From assembly GCA_963675525.2 (NCBI GenBank), contig CAXXSL010000011.1, forward strand, positions 576,001-640,000: a stretch of DNA of 64,000 bases, in the 5' to 3' direction. Made by a program: the position numbers and the translations under genes. Within the stretch, counting starts at the first letter, position 1. Each line of letters starts with the position of its first letter. Under the pieces are notes generated by a model. That model saw nothing but the letters and a program-made list of their open reading frames with translations. It made no database searches and was not told where the DNA came from. Shown piece by piece: positions 40,238-48,898 of this stretch. Source of the DNA: Anaerohalosphaeraceae bacterium (lineage in GTDB: Bacteria > Planctomycetota > Phycisphaerae > Sedimentisphaerales > Anaerohalosphaeraceae).

Positions 40238-40362
40238 CCAAGCCTCCCGATCAACTCCCTTTCCCTGTATACCTACATACCTACATTCCTGTATACTTGA
40301 AGAAATTATACCCGACAAACCCCCTACTAAAAGCAAAAAACAGCCATCTGGAAGAAATCCAC

Positions 40363-40404
40363 AACTAAGAACTACGAACTAAAAAGTAAGAACTAAAAAC
40401 TAAT
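40363..40404 (+). repeat. Six-unit heptamer tandem repeat (consensus AACTAAR)
   Basis: AACTAAG AACTACG AACTAAA AAGTAAG AACTAAA AACTAAT. Confidence 0.85.
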
Positions 40405-40407
40405 AGT

Positions 40408-40435
40408 TTGACATTCATCTAACTTATGGTATAAT
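40408..40435 (+). promoter_or_regulatory. Consensus sigma70 promoter with extended -10
   Basis: TTGACA-16-TATAAT, with TGn immediately before the -10. Confidence 0.75.
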
Positions 40436-40630
40436 ACCCAAAATTTAATAACATCCTCATAATGAGCTGAATAAGAAGGGAATTCCACCCAAATCGTCAT
40501 TCGTCAACCGTCCATCGTCAATGGCAAAGGAAGGAGCAAAACCGATGAAATCAAGTATTCTATTTCCGTATCATTCCGCCTGCCGGGCCGTAGTTTTAAA
40601 CGAAGGCCGGTGGCAAAGTATAAAAAAACC

Positions 40631-40987
40631 AAACGAACCCAATTCCCCAGCGTATGCGATTTCGCTAAATCTCCATCAGCGAAGCGCTTATGCAGATTAT
40701 ACTTATGTGCCTTTAAAGCACCGAACCCAATTCGAACCCAATTCAAAGCCAATTTACCCGCGAAACACCCCCTGCTCATACATCCCAAAAACGCCGATTT
40801 TTCCCAAAAATTCGCAAAAATCCCCGTTTTTACTAGCGCCAACCCCCAAAAAAACAAACCCAATTTAAGCCCCAAGTAGCACCTCGACGCAAATGCATTA
40901 TACCGCACTCAAACACACCAACGGACGCAACACCGCGGTTTTTAATAGCACCACACGAACCCAATCAAACCCAATACAAAGCCAAAT
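40631..40987 (+). repeat. Array of eight 10-11-bp C(G/A)AA(C/G)CCAATT motifs in two 1+3 units
   Basis: Copies at 40634, 40722, 40733, 40744, 40855, 40956, 40966 and 40977. Confidence 0.85.
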
Positions 40988-41019
40988 GATTTCGCCTTCC
41001 GGGGCCAATAAACCAATTC

Positions 41020-41048
41020 TTGCAATATCCCCCCAAAACAGGTATATT
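41020..41048 (+). promoter_or_regulatory. Putative dapF promoter
   Basis: TTGCAA-17-TATATT upstream of an AAGGA RBS. Confidence 0.5.
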
Positions 41049-41084
41049 ATTCGGAATTAGTATCTGATTGACAAGGACCCCATT

Positions 41085-41960
41085 ATGGAATTCACCAAAA
41101 TGCATGGGCTGGGCAATGACTATGTGTATGTCAATTGCTTCAACGAAACAGTCGACGATCCGGCGCAAACGGCGATTGCCGTCAGCAGCCGGCACTTCGG
41201 CATCGGCGCCGATGGCCTGATCCTGATCTGCCCCTCCGAGATCGCCGATGTGAAAATGCGAATGTTCAACGCCGACGGTTCCGAAGCCCAGATGTGCGGC
41301 AACGGCATCCGCTGCGTCGCCAAATACGTCTATGACCACAACCTCACGCGATCCGAAACGGAATTTTCCATCCCGGGACTGGGAACGTTCCCAACGTCCC
41401 TGCAAATCGAAACCGGCCGCGGCGTCCTGACGGTCGGGCTGGATGTCGATGAAAACGACACCGTCAGCCGGGTTTGTGTGAATATGGGCCAGCCGATTCT
41501 GGAAGCGGTACAAATTCCCGTCGCCGCAGGAACCGAAACGGTCATCGACCTGCCGTTGGCCATCGAAGGTCAGGAACTATCGATGACCTGTGTCTCAATG
41601 GGTAACCCTCACGCGGTCTTTTTCTGTGAAGATTTGCACGATATCGATCTGATTCATATCGGCCCGCTCATCGAGCATCACGAATTATTTCCCGAACGAG
41701 TGAATGTGCATTTTGTCAAATCCGTCGGTCCGAATGAATTCATTATGCAAACATGGGAACGCGGCAGCGGTATCACGCTGGCCTGCGGGACCGGTGCCTG
41801 CGCCTGTGCGGTGGCCGGCGTGCTTGCCGGCCGTTGCCAGCGACAGACAGTCGCCCATCTTCCCGGCGGCGACTTAGAGCTTTACTGGTGCGAGCAGGAC
41901 AACTGCGTCTACATGACCGGCCCCGCAACAGAAGTCTTCACCGGCAACTGGCCGCGATAA
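41085..41960 (+). CDS. dapF: Diaminopimelate epimerase
   Basis: KMHGLGNDY, GIGADG, AQMCGNG, SMGNPH, ERGSGITLACGTG. Confidence 0.96.
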   Translation: MEFTKMHGLGNDYVYVNCFNETVDDPAQTAIAVSSRHFGIGADGLILICPSEIADVKMRMFNADGSEAQMCGNGIRCVAKYVYDHNLTRSETEFSIPGLGTFPTSLQIETGRGVLTVGLDVDENDTVSRVCVNMGQPILEAVQIPVAAGTETVIDLPLAIEGQELSMTCVSMGNPHAVFFCEDLHDIDLIHIGPLIEHHELFPERVNVHFVKSVGPNEFIMQTWERGSGITLACGTGACACAVAGVLAGRCQRQTVAHLPGGDLELYWCEQDNCVYMTGPATEVFTGNWPR

Positions 41961-41975
41961 ATATAAACGCCGCCG

Positions 41976-44546
41976 TTAATACGTTTCAAGCCATTGGCCT
42001 GCAAAAATAATCAAATCCTGCAGGTCGATCGTGCCTTTGCTCGCCGTCATGTCACATTCAGCATTGTAATCGGCATCCCCCGACGATGTCTGCCACGCCT
42101 GTGAAAAGATCGCCAAATCCGGCATCCTCACATCACACGTCTCGTCAAAGTCGCCTACCAACGGATCAACCGCCGGAACACCAATTAGCTTAATACTTGG
42201 CAATGAATTGTGAACAGAACGATATTTGCCGTAGTAATCACTCCAATCCAGAGGGTCACCGTGTGCTCCCGTGCTCGAACCCACTGAGTAAACGCGGTTT
42301 TGGGCAACATCTTGAATGAAATAACCGCCATATGGCGAAGTGATACCGCTATTGTTAAAACTAAAGTCGATCATCAGATTTTGCGTTCCATTATAATCAA
42401 ACGGCGTATCCAAATGAAAATTGATCCACCCAGTCGGAGACATTGTTTCATTTGCCTGATACACTGTCGTCCAGTCGGATGTCTCTAATTCATAGGGAGC
42501 GTCTTGGAAAAACGTTTTATTGGTATGCTTCATTCGAATCGTCCAATTGCTTAATGTGCGTCCCGGCACCTGCCCTATTCGTAACGACAAATCGGTCAAC
42601 CGTTTCGCTGAACCGATTTCCGTCGGTAAATAAATTACTTGCGAACGGGCATCATAAAAGAAATCGGTGTCCATCATAATACCGTATAAATAGGTGTTCG
42701 ATTCTGTTCCAAACTCAGAATAAAGCTGATTGTTCACATTCACCGTCACTGTTGCGATATTGGAATCACCGCCGGTGGGATAGGTACCGCCATCGTTGGC
42801 TTTATAGGTAAAGGTGTCCACGCCCCCAAAATACGGACACGGTAGATAGGTTACCCCATTGGCATCCACAGCGGAAAAAGTATACGGAACCGTATTGATC
42901 GGCCCGACATTCGGCTCGCTCAGATCACCATGGGCCGGCAGTGACGTAATAATATACTCCATAAGGTTGGGGTCAGGGTCGCCGTCATCCAATACCTGAA
43001 GCTGGATCGTAACCGAATCGGTCGAGTCCACATCCGCTTCAACGTCAAAGGCCGTGGGTGGGCCTGTGTCTGCCGAAACAAATAAAATCCCGCTTCTGTT
43101 ACCCGGAATGCTCCAGTCGGAAGAGGTGCCTGTCGTTACATTTTGATCCAGAAAACTTTCGCCGCTTTTTTCAGCAGAGATTTTGTAGGTTGTATTGGAC
43201 AAGAGGTTTTTTAAGGCAAAAACACCCCGGCTATTCGTGGTGGTCTGTTTAACAATGGTCGTCCCAACACGAGCCGTCACGGTAACCCCGCTCAGCGGCA
43301 CCTCGGCCAGATTCGTCACTCTCCCGCTGATAATCTCGCCGCTGCCGCTGGTATAAATATTATACACCACGTCATCAATCACTGTATACGTATAATAGGC
43401 ATCAATCAGCGGCAACTGATACCACGCGTTGTCACTGCCGCCCCATCCCATATTAATATGGTGATACAATGTATCGCCCGTGTAGCCATAACCATCGGCA
43501 ATAACAGCATGTCCCCCGCCGACGCGGCTGATGCCCAACATAACAGGCAGTTGCGCATCCAGATTCGCATTCAGGATATTCCACAGGCGGTCATCACCGG
43601 AAGAGGTGAAGTTTTGCGTGTAAATACTATTGGTGTATTTGAATGTGTCAACCATTTCATGATCAGCATCCCCCAGACTGGCCGAAGAACCACCGGAACT
43701 ACTGGGGCCGTAAGACATATTCACAGACACTCCGGCGTCAGAACAAAGTGCTCCAATCTCTTCCCGCTGGGCCGGAGTGATGCCGTCAAGCGGCACAAAT
43801 GGCATCAGCGACCAGCTATAAGCTCCGCCGAAACCATCGCCTCCGATATACCCGCTTCCAATCCCGGTTGTCGGCCACGAATGATACCGCATGACCTGTG
43901 CCATCGCCGTCGCCACACAACCGCAGGGATAATTGCTGGGAGTGTAATAGTTATAACATGGACTGCCTGACACATCCCCTTGATCCCACTCCGATTGAAT
44001 GAATGGATCGACCCATACCTCGCTGACAGATGCGACAGATGTCAGATCCATTGAAAACGGCCCGGAATACACGGGGATGTCGGCATCAATCAATGTTTGC
44101 CACTTGCGTGTTTTCTTTGCAACGTTTAATTTTTTTCCCTTCTTTTGCCGAACCGTTTCTAAACGCCCTTTCATGTCTTTTTTCAGCATGGTCGTCAACG
44201 GGCTGCTCTCGTCGCCGTCATAATAACCGGTTGATGAAAACGCGATGACCGGTTCAATTTCGTCGTTCGCCGAAATAATCACAAAACCAGCCGGTTCCAG
44301 GTTTACAATATAACACAGTGCCTGACCCGTCTCATCAACCATCGCCTCAATGTCGGCGGCAACTTCACTGATAGACTGCTCCATCGGTTCTCTGTTCAGT
44401 TTGAGCCAACCCCGAGCCGCTTTTTGAGCCTGACCCTTATTAACAAGCCCGGCTGTAGACAAATCAGAAAAGAGGATTAGCAGCGTTATGATTACAACAA
44501 AGAAATGAACTAACCCTGTTTTTGGATGAGAAACCGCTTTTTTCAT
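41976..44546 (-). CDS. Secreted C10 (streptopain-like) cysteine peptidase with propeptide, Ig-like modules and dockerin-like tail
   Basis: GFVIISAND propeptide; WDQG, GCVATAMAQ, GGHAVIADGY, HINMGWGG; tail GDFDETCDV...DLQDL. Confidence 0.88.
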   Translation of the reverse strand: MKKAVSHPKTGLVHFFVVIITLLILFSDLSTAGLVNKGQAQKAARGWLKLNREPMEQSISEVAADIEAMVDETGQALCYIVNLEPAGFVIISANDEIEPVIAFSSTGYYDGDESSPLTTMLKKDMKGRLETVRQKKGKKLNVAKKTRKWQTLIDADIPVYSGPFSMDLTSVASVSEVWVDPFIQSEWDQGDVSGSPCYNYYTPSNYPCGCVATAMAQVMRYHSWPTTGIGSGYIGGDGFGGAYSWSLMPFVPLDGITPAQREEIGALCSDAGVSVNMSYGPSSSGGSSASLGDADHEMVDTFKYTNSIYTQNFTSSGDDRLWNILNANLDAQLPVMLGISRVGGGHAVIADGYGYTGDTLYHHINMGWGGSDNAWYQLPLIDAYYTYTVIDDVVYNIYTSGSGEIISGRVTNLAEVPLSGVTVTARVGTTIVKQTTTNSRGVFALKNLLSNTTYKISAEKSGESFLDQNVTTGTSSDWSIPGNRSGILFVSADTGPPTAFDVEADVDSTDSVTIQLQVLDDGDPDPNLMEYIITSLPAHGDLSEPNVGPINTVPYTFSAVDANGVTYLPCPYFGGVDTFTYKANDGGTYPTGGDSNIATVTVNVNNQLYSEFGTESNTYLYGIMMDTDFFYDARSQVIYLPTEIGSAKRLTDLSLRIGQVPGRTLSNWTIRMKHTNKTFFQDAPYELETSDWTTVYQANETMSPTGWINFHLDTPFDYNGTQNLMIDFSFNNSGITSPYGGYFIQDVAQNRVYSVGSSTGAHGDPLDWSDYYGKYRSVHNSLPSIKLIGVPAVDPLVGDFDETCDVRMPDLAIFSQAWQTSSGDADYNAECDMTASKGTIDLQDLIIFAGQWLETY

Positions 44547-44649
44547 CAGAATACCTCCTGCAAGTGGTCATTAACTCCTCGAATACCCATTAGATGAATA
44601 TATATCACATACTCACTGGGATTTCAATATAAAACACTCTTTGTAAACC

Positions 44650-45312
44650 TTAAAGGTCCGGGATGATTTCGGGATAAAGGATTCCCGTACTGGACACTTT
44701 GAAGACATAGATCAGTCCCGGTTTGAGCTGGCGATAGACGGCGTTTCCGAAGATGGCCTTGATGCCGAGGCTTTCAAGCCGCTTGGGATTATTGGACAAC
44801 TGCCAGATCTCGTTCCAGAATAACTGCGTATCCTCGATCGACAGTTTCCGGCAGAGTTGTTCATACCGCGGCGACGGCAGGCCTTCGGCTTCGATCGGAA
44901 ATCCCTGCTCGGGCGTCATCTTCTCGCCATAAATCCGCCGCCACAGGTACATCGCCCGTTCTTTGCCGTCCTTGACCAGTTCACCGCTGAAAGTTACGAT
45001 CAGCGTGTCAAAGTGTACGACATCCCCCTCGATCTCATATTCCTGCTTCAAAATATGGTTCGTAAAATCGGCCGGATCGGCTTCGACAAACAGTAGTTTT
45101 GTATAGAGTTTACCCTCCCGCGTTTCCTGCGAAAGCACCTTGGCATAGCCGATCTGGTTTTCGGCACTGAGATTGGAAATGGCCGTTTTCAGGTCTTCAT
45201 TCTCGCCTAACAAATCTTCAATGGTACGATTGACCGCCACGTACCGCCACAAGAAGACCCCCGCCGCCAGTACAACAACCACAGAACCGATTTTTATACT
45301 TGTTTTTACCAT
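44650..45312 (-). CDS. Hypothetical protein with N-terminal membrane anchor
   Basis: Clean 220-aa ORF; TM helix followed by a short coiled coil. Confidence 0.7.
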   Translation of the reverse strand: MVKTSIKIGSVVVVLAAGVFLWRYVAVNRTIEDLLGENEDLKTAISNLSAENQIGYAKVLSQETREGKLYTKLLFVEADPADFTNHILKQEYEIEGDVVHFDTLIVTFSGELVKDGKERAMYLWRRIYGEKMTPEQGFPIEAEGLPSPRYEQLCRKLSIEDTQLFWNEIWQLSNNPKRLESLGIKAIFGNAVYRQLKPGLIYVFKVSSTGILYPEIIPDL

Positions 45313-45487
45313 TTTGAGTCCCGTTTAAGCATTGAATATATAAAAAACCATTGAATCTATCGGCAAAGCAACAGCATTTTCCTTGCTTTTTCTTGGTTTG
45401 ACAATAAGGATGGATTTTTCGTACAATTCAGCCGATATGTCATCCAAAAGACCAGCAACTGATTAACTGAAATCTATTGGGTGTTGC

Positions 45488-47458
45488 TTAGAAATGCAGC
45501 TCAAGTCCGGCATAAAAAGTTCTGCCAGGGCCATTGGACAGGGAATCTGGATAGCCGGCATAGGTCATTGTCGGAACGAAAATTTCTTCATCAAGAAGAT
45601 TTTCACCCCGCAGCGTCAATATCGATCTGCCCTTTTTCATGCCCATATATTTCGACACATCCATGCGTATACTCAGTGAGATTAAATCGAGCGCATCGGG
45701 TTTCGGATTTCCCGTAACCGCTGAGGGTATTCGCGGAGGCGTCCCGAAATGACTCCAGAAAAGCGCTGCTGAGCCGCCATCCCAGGTATACGCTGTGCCC
45801 AGTTTTAGCATGGTATGGGGGACAACCGTCGGATTAATATCTGAATCCGCCTTATCATTCTGGTACATAAATGAGCCCAGCACGTGCCACTCAGGCGTCA
45901 TAAAGTGTTTGCACTCAAATTCTACACCATCGAACTTCTGTTCCCCTCCGTTTTTATAACTGGTAGGAACAACACTTGTATCAAACACAATTTGTTTTTT
46001 AATAAGACTGTTAAAATAGGTAACAGCAGCATATGTTTTTTCGTCCTGGTAAAATAACTGGGCATCATAAGTCGTAATGATTTCCGGCTCAAGATTAAGA
46101 TTGCCTACCAGCACAGGGTCAGAAAGATATGTTTCTATTGCGATAGGAGCCCTGAAAGCTTCACCTTTCATAATTTTAACACCCCAGTTATCAAACGGCG
46201 TCAGTATAATGCCCTGCCGAGAGATGATATCTTCAAAGCCCTGGCCAGACTTTTGCCACTGCATTCCCGCAATCAGCTTTACCCAATCCCCAAATTTATA
46301 ATCTCCCTGTGCATAATAACTTCTCGGCTGAGATCGATAATCGACAATCGTCTGCTGCAAATCATCATCCGGCGCATAATTGGTTAGATATTCCTGCAAA
46401 TATCCCATCACAATGTTTGAATTGTCCGTCGGATTGGCAAAAAGCGTAATCTCACCCAATACATCCGACGTATTAGTACCGATGCGTGTGATAGCCGGGC
46501 TGCCCAATGTATTTTCCTGGAGATTATAGGTGGCATTTAATTCAACATACATCCGTTCGTGCAAATCAAGCCGATAGGCCGTATTGACAAATAATCGCCT
46601 CGTACGTATTGTATGTTTGGGAATAAACCAAAATGGCTGTACTCCCAATGCAAACGCATCAAGATCGGCGGCAAAAACATCTATTCTTAAATCCTGATGC
46701 TCCAGATGTAAAACACCGGAGAAACTCTCATCACGGACATGATCGCTGCCGGGCACTCCCAGGCCGTCAATCATGCTGTAATCATGGCCCCGCTGATTCA
46801 TCAGACGAACTGCACCGACATATCCGAAATCACCAAATCGGCCCGCACCGGAAACAGAGGTTTGATAATAGTCATGACTACCTGCCATGGAAGATACGAT
46901 AAGTTCGTTTTCATCCGGAATTTGCCGGGTTCTTAAATTGACGACGCCCGTAAAGGCATTCGTTCCATACAGAACGGAGCCCGGACCGCGGATTAGTTCA
47001 AGACTTTCCATGGCTTCTAATGGAAAACCCATATAAACAGCGGAATTGATCGATTGAGCACTTTCACGAATCGGTCGGCCGTTCAGCAGCAAAAGGGTAT
47101 GCGTTTCAGAGTGGGCTGATAAATCTCCGCGAAATCCCGCCATACTCTGGCCATACACGAAGGATCGACGTGTATATACACTGGGCTGGCGCTGCAGCAA
47201 CTGGAAGAGACTTCGATCCCCGTAAAGTATCATCTCTTCTCGTGGAACAACCACCACGATACCAGGTGCCTCGATTGTTTTTTCAGACTTTTTCGAAGCA
47301 ACGGAAATACTAACGCCCATCAATTGCTCCAGGGACATATCAAAAAGATCGTCCGACACAGCATTCGCGTCATTTCCTGCAAAGGCCGGATGGCAAGCGG
47401 CAACAAAAAGAATCGCCGCTAACAATATCAAAAACCGTCTAAATAAAGCCTGCATCAT
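45488..47458 (-). CDS. TonB-dependent outer-membrane receptor
   Basis: Signal peptide; plug region DMSLEQLM..ASK, LLNGRP, IRGPGSVLYG; ENLLD; C-terminal Phe. Confidence 0.9.
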   Translation of the reverse strand: MMQALFRRFLILLAAILFVAACHPAFAGNDANAVSDDLFDMSLEQLMGVSISVASKKSEKTIEAPGIVVVVPREEMILYGDRSLFQLLQRQPSVYTRRSFVYGQSMAGFRGDLSAHSETHTLLLLNGRPIRESAQSINSAVYMGFPLEAMESLELIRGPGSVLYGTNAFTGVVNLRTRQIPDENELIVSSMAGSHDYYQTSVSGAGRFGDFGYVGAVRLMNQRGHDYSMIDGLGVPGSDHVRDESFSGVLHLEHQDLRIDVFAADLDAFALGVQPFWFIPKHTIRTRRLFVNTAYRLDLHERMYVELNATYNLQENTLGSPAITRIGTNTSDVLGEITLFANPTDNSNIVMGYLQEYLTNYAPDDDLQQTIVDYRSQPRSYYAQGDYKFGDWVKLIAGMQWQKSGQGFEDIISRQGIILTPFDNWGVKIMKGEAFRAPIAIETYLSDPVLVGNLNLEPEIITTYDAQLFYQDEKTYAAVTYFNSLIKKQIVFDTSVVPTSYKNGGEQKFDGVEFECKHFMTPEWHVLGSFMYQNDKADSDINPTVVPHTMLKLGTAYTWDGGSAALFWSHFGTPPRIPSAVTGNPKPDALDLISLSIRMDVSKYMGMKKGRSILTLRGENLLDEEIFVPTMTYAGYPDSLSNGPGRTFYAGLELHF

Positions 47459-47693
47459 GAAAACCTCTTTTCTTTCGATTCTCTATTCTCAGCCTTCTTG
47501 CGGTCGTAAGGATATTAACCATCGTTCTGGGCTATACTGTCATAAGCGACATACATATAAATTGATTATCGACGGTTTCATATAAGAATATAACGATAAA
47601 CTTCTAATACCTGATCAGTACCCCCCGAAACGAGAGGGAGCTGTCCGATAATATCAATAAAATCCTTTTCACACGGATTCCATGGGCATCCAC

Positions 47694-47722
47694 TTGACAT
47701 AAGAGGGTCGAATGCGGATAAT
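47694..47722 (+). promoter_or_regulatory. Putative promoter of the SGNH hydrolase gene
   Basis: TTGACA-17-GATAAT. Confidence 0.55.
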
Positions 47723-47785
47723 GGCTTCGGCCTTAACGGAACTAACGGAAGTCTTCCACATTGACGTATGAAAAGGTTTTAAGAT

Positions 47786-48430
47786 ATGAGCAACATCGAA
47801 TTCAAGTCGAACCAGACGATTTTGTTCATCGGCGACAGCATTACCGACGCTCAGCGGCGCCAGCAGCCTTATGCGCCTCTCGGTTCGGGGTATGTACATT
47901 TTGCGGCCAATTTCCTGTTGGCAACTTATCCGCATCTGAATCTGAACATCCAAAACCGAGGCATCTCAGGAGATACCACCCGCGATCTGCTCATACGCTG
48001 GGACACCGATTGCATCGCACTAAAGCCTGACATCATCAGCATTATGATCGGCATCAATGACCTGTGGCGAAAATTTAAGGAGTCCAACGAAACCCAACGC
48101 ACGCATGTAGCCCCCATTGAATACCGGACCAACCTAACCGAACTGCTCCAGCGTACTACAAATGAATGCGGTTCGCAGTTAATTCTCATGGAGCCGTTTA
48201 TGTTTTGCGATAATCCGCAAAACCCCATGCTCTGTGAATTGACACGCTATATCGACATCGTCTGCAAACTCGCCGATGAATTCGATGCCACATACGTACC
48301 GATCCACACAAACTATACCCGATTGCTGAACAAACGCCCCGCCTATGAATGGGCCGAAGACACCGTCCACCCTTATGAATGGGCCCATGCCTGGATTGCC
48401 AAACAATGGCTGGATACCGTGATTCAGTGA
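47786..48430 (+). CDS. SGNH/GDSL hydrolase
   Basis: GDSIT, RGISG, GIND, DTVHP. Confidence 0.92.
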   Translation: MSNIEFKSNQTILFIGDSITDAQRRQQPYAPLGSGYVHFAANFLLATYPHLNLNIQNRGISGDTTRDLLIRWDTDCIALKPDIISIMIGINDLWRKFKESNETQRTHVAPIEYRTNLTELLQRTTNECGSQLILMEPFMFCDNPQNPMLCELTRYIDIVCKLADEFDATYVPIHTNYTRLLNKRPAYEWAEDTVHPYEWAHAWIAKQWLDTVIQ

Positions 48431-48470
48431 TACATGTTTTAAAATGAATCTCTTAAATCAAATGGCGATA

Positions 48471-48830
48471 TTATCCGATATCGATCTTGGGCGCCGGATC
48501 GGGCGATTCTATTTCGGGTGCCAGCGTGAGTTTCGGTTCGCCGCCGTCTGACTTGGGAACCGGAACCGGTACCGGGCGAATAGCTGCTTTTTTGGGGGTG
48601 TCAGCGGGCAACTGATCGGGTTTTCTTCCGTTGAACTGGCCACACCAGTTATTGTCATAGACCTTCGGCCAATGCACATCCACCTTGACTGAACCGACCG
48701 CATGAACCTTGGGAACATATTCACAAGGATTCGGACGCGGTGCGTAACGGCGGCATTCACCGAAATTTTCAGCAGTTTTATCAAAAAATACACAATGACA
48801 ACAAGCCATTCCTGGAACCGGAGCGGTCAT
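48471..48830 (-). CDS. Small Cys-rich hypothetical protein
   Basis: CCHC..GECRRYAP..WPKV..WCGQF plus a Pro-rich tail; GGGAGG RBS. Confidence 0.7.
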   Translation of the reverse strand: MTAPVPGMACCHCVFFDKTAENFGECRRYAPRPNPCEYVPKVHAVGSVKVDVHWPKVYDNNWCGQFNGRKPDQLPADTPKKAAIRPVPVPVPKSDGGEPKLTLAPEIESPDPAPKIDIG

Positions 48831-48898
48831 AACAAACCTCCCTTCAAAAAAAGATTAACACATCAGAGCGGCATTCAAGCCCGCTCTCTTATTCCTAT

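Noticed and set aside
40504..40908. Minus-strand ORF 40504-40908 and plus-strand ORF 40610-40879 as proteins
   Set aside because: Both are translations of the repeat motifs (NWVR, KRTQF) and have no RBS.
40631..40987. CRISPR array
   Set aside because: Repeats are only 10-11 bp, partly tandem and irregularly spaced; no cas genes in the window.
47459..47690. Cobalamin/TPP riboswitch or hammerhead upstream of the TonB receptor
   Set aside because: No B12-box or TPP core; CTGATCAG..GAAAC deviates from the CUGANGA hammerhead core and lacks the required stems.
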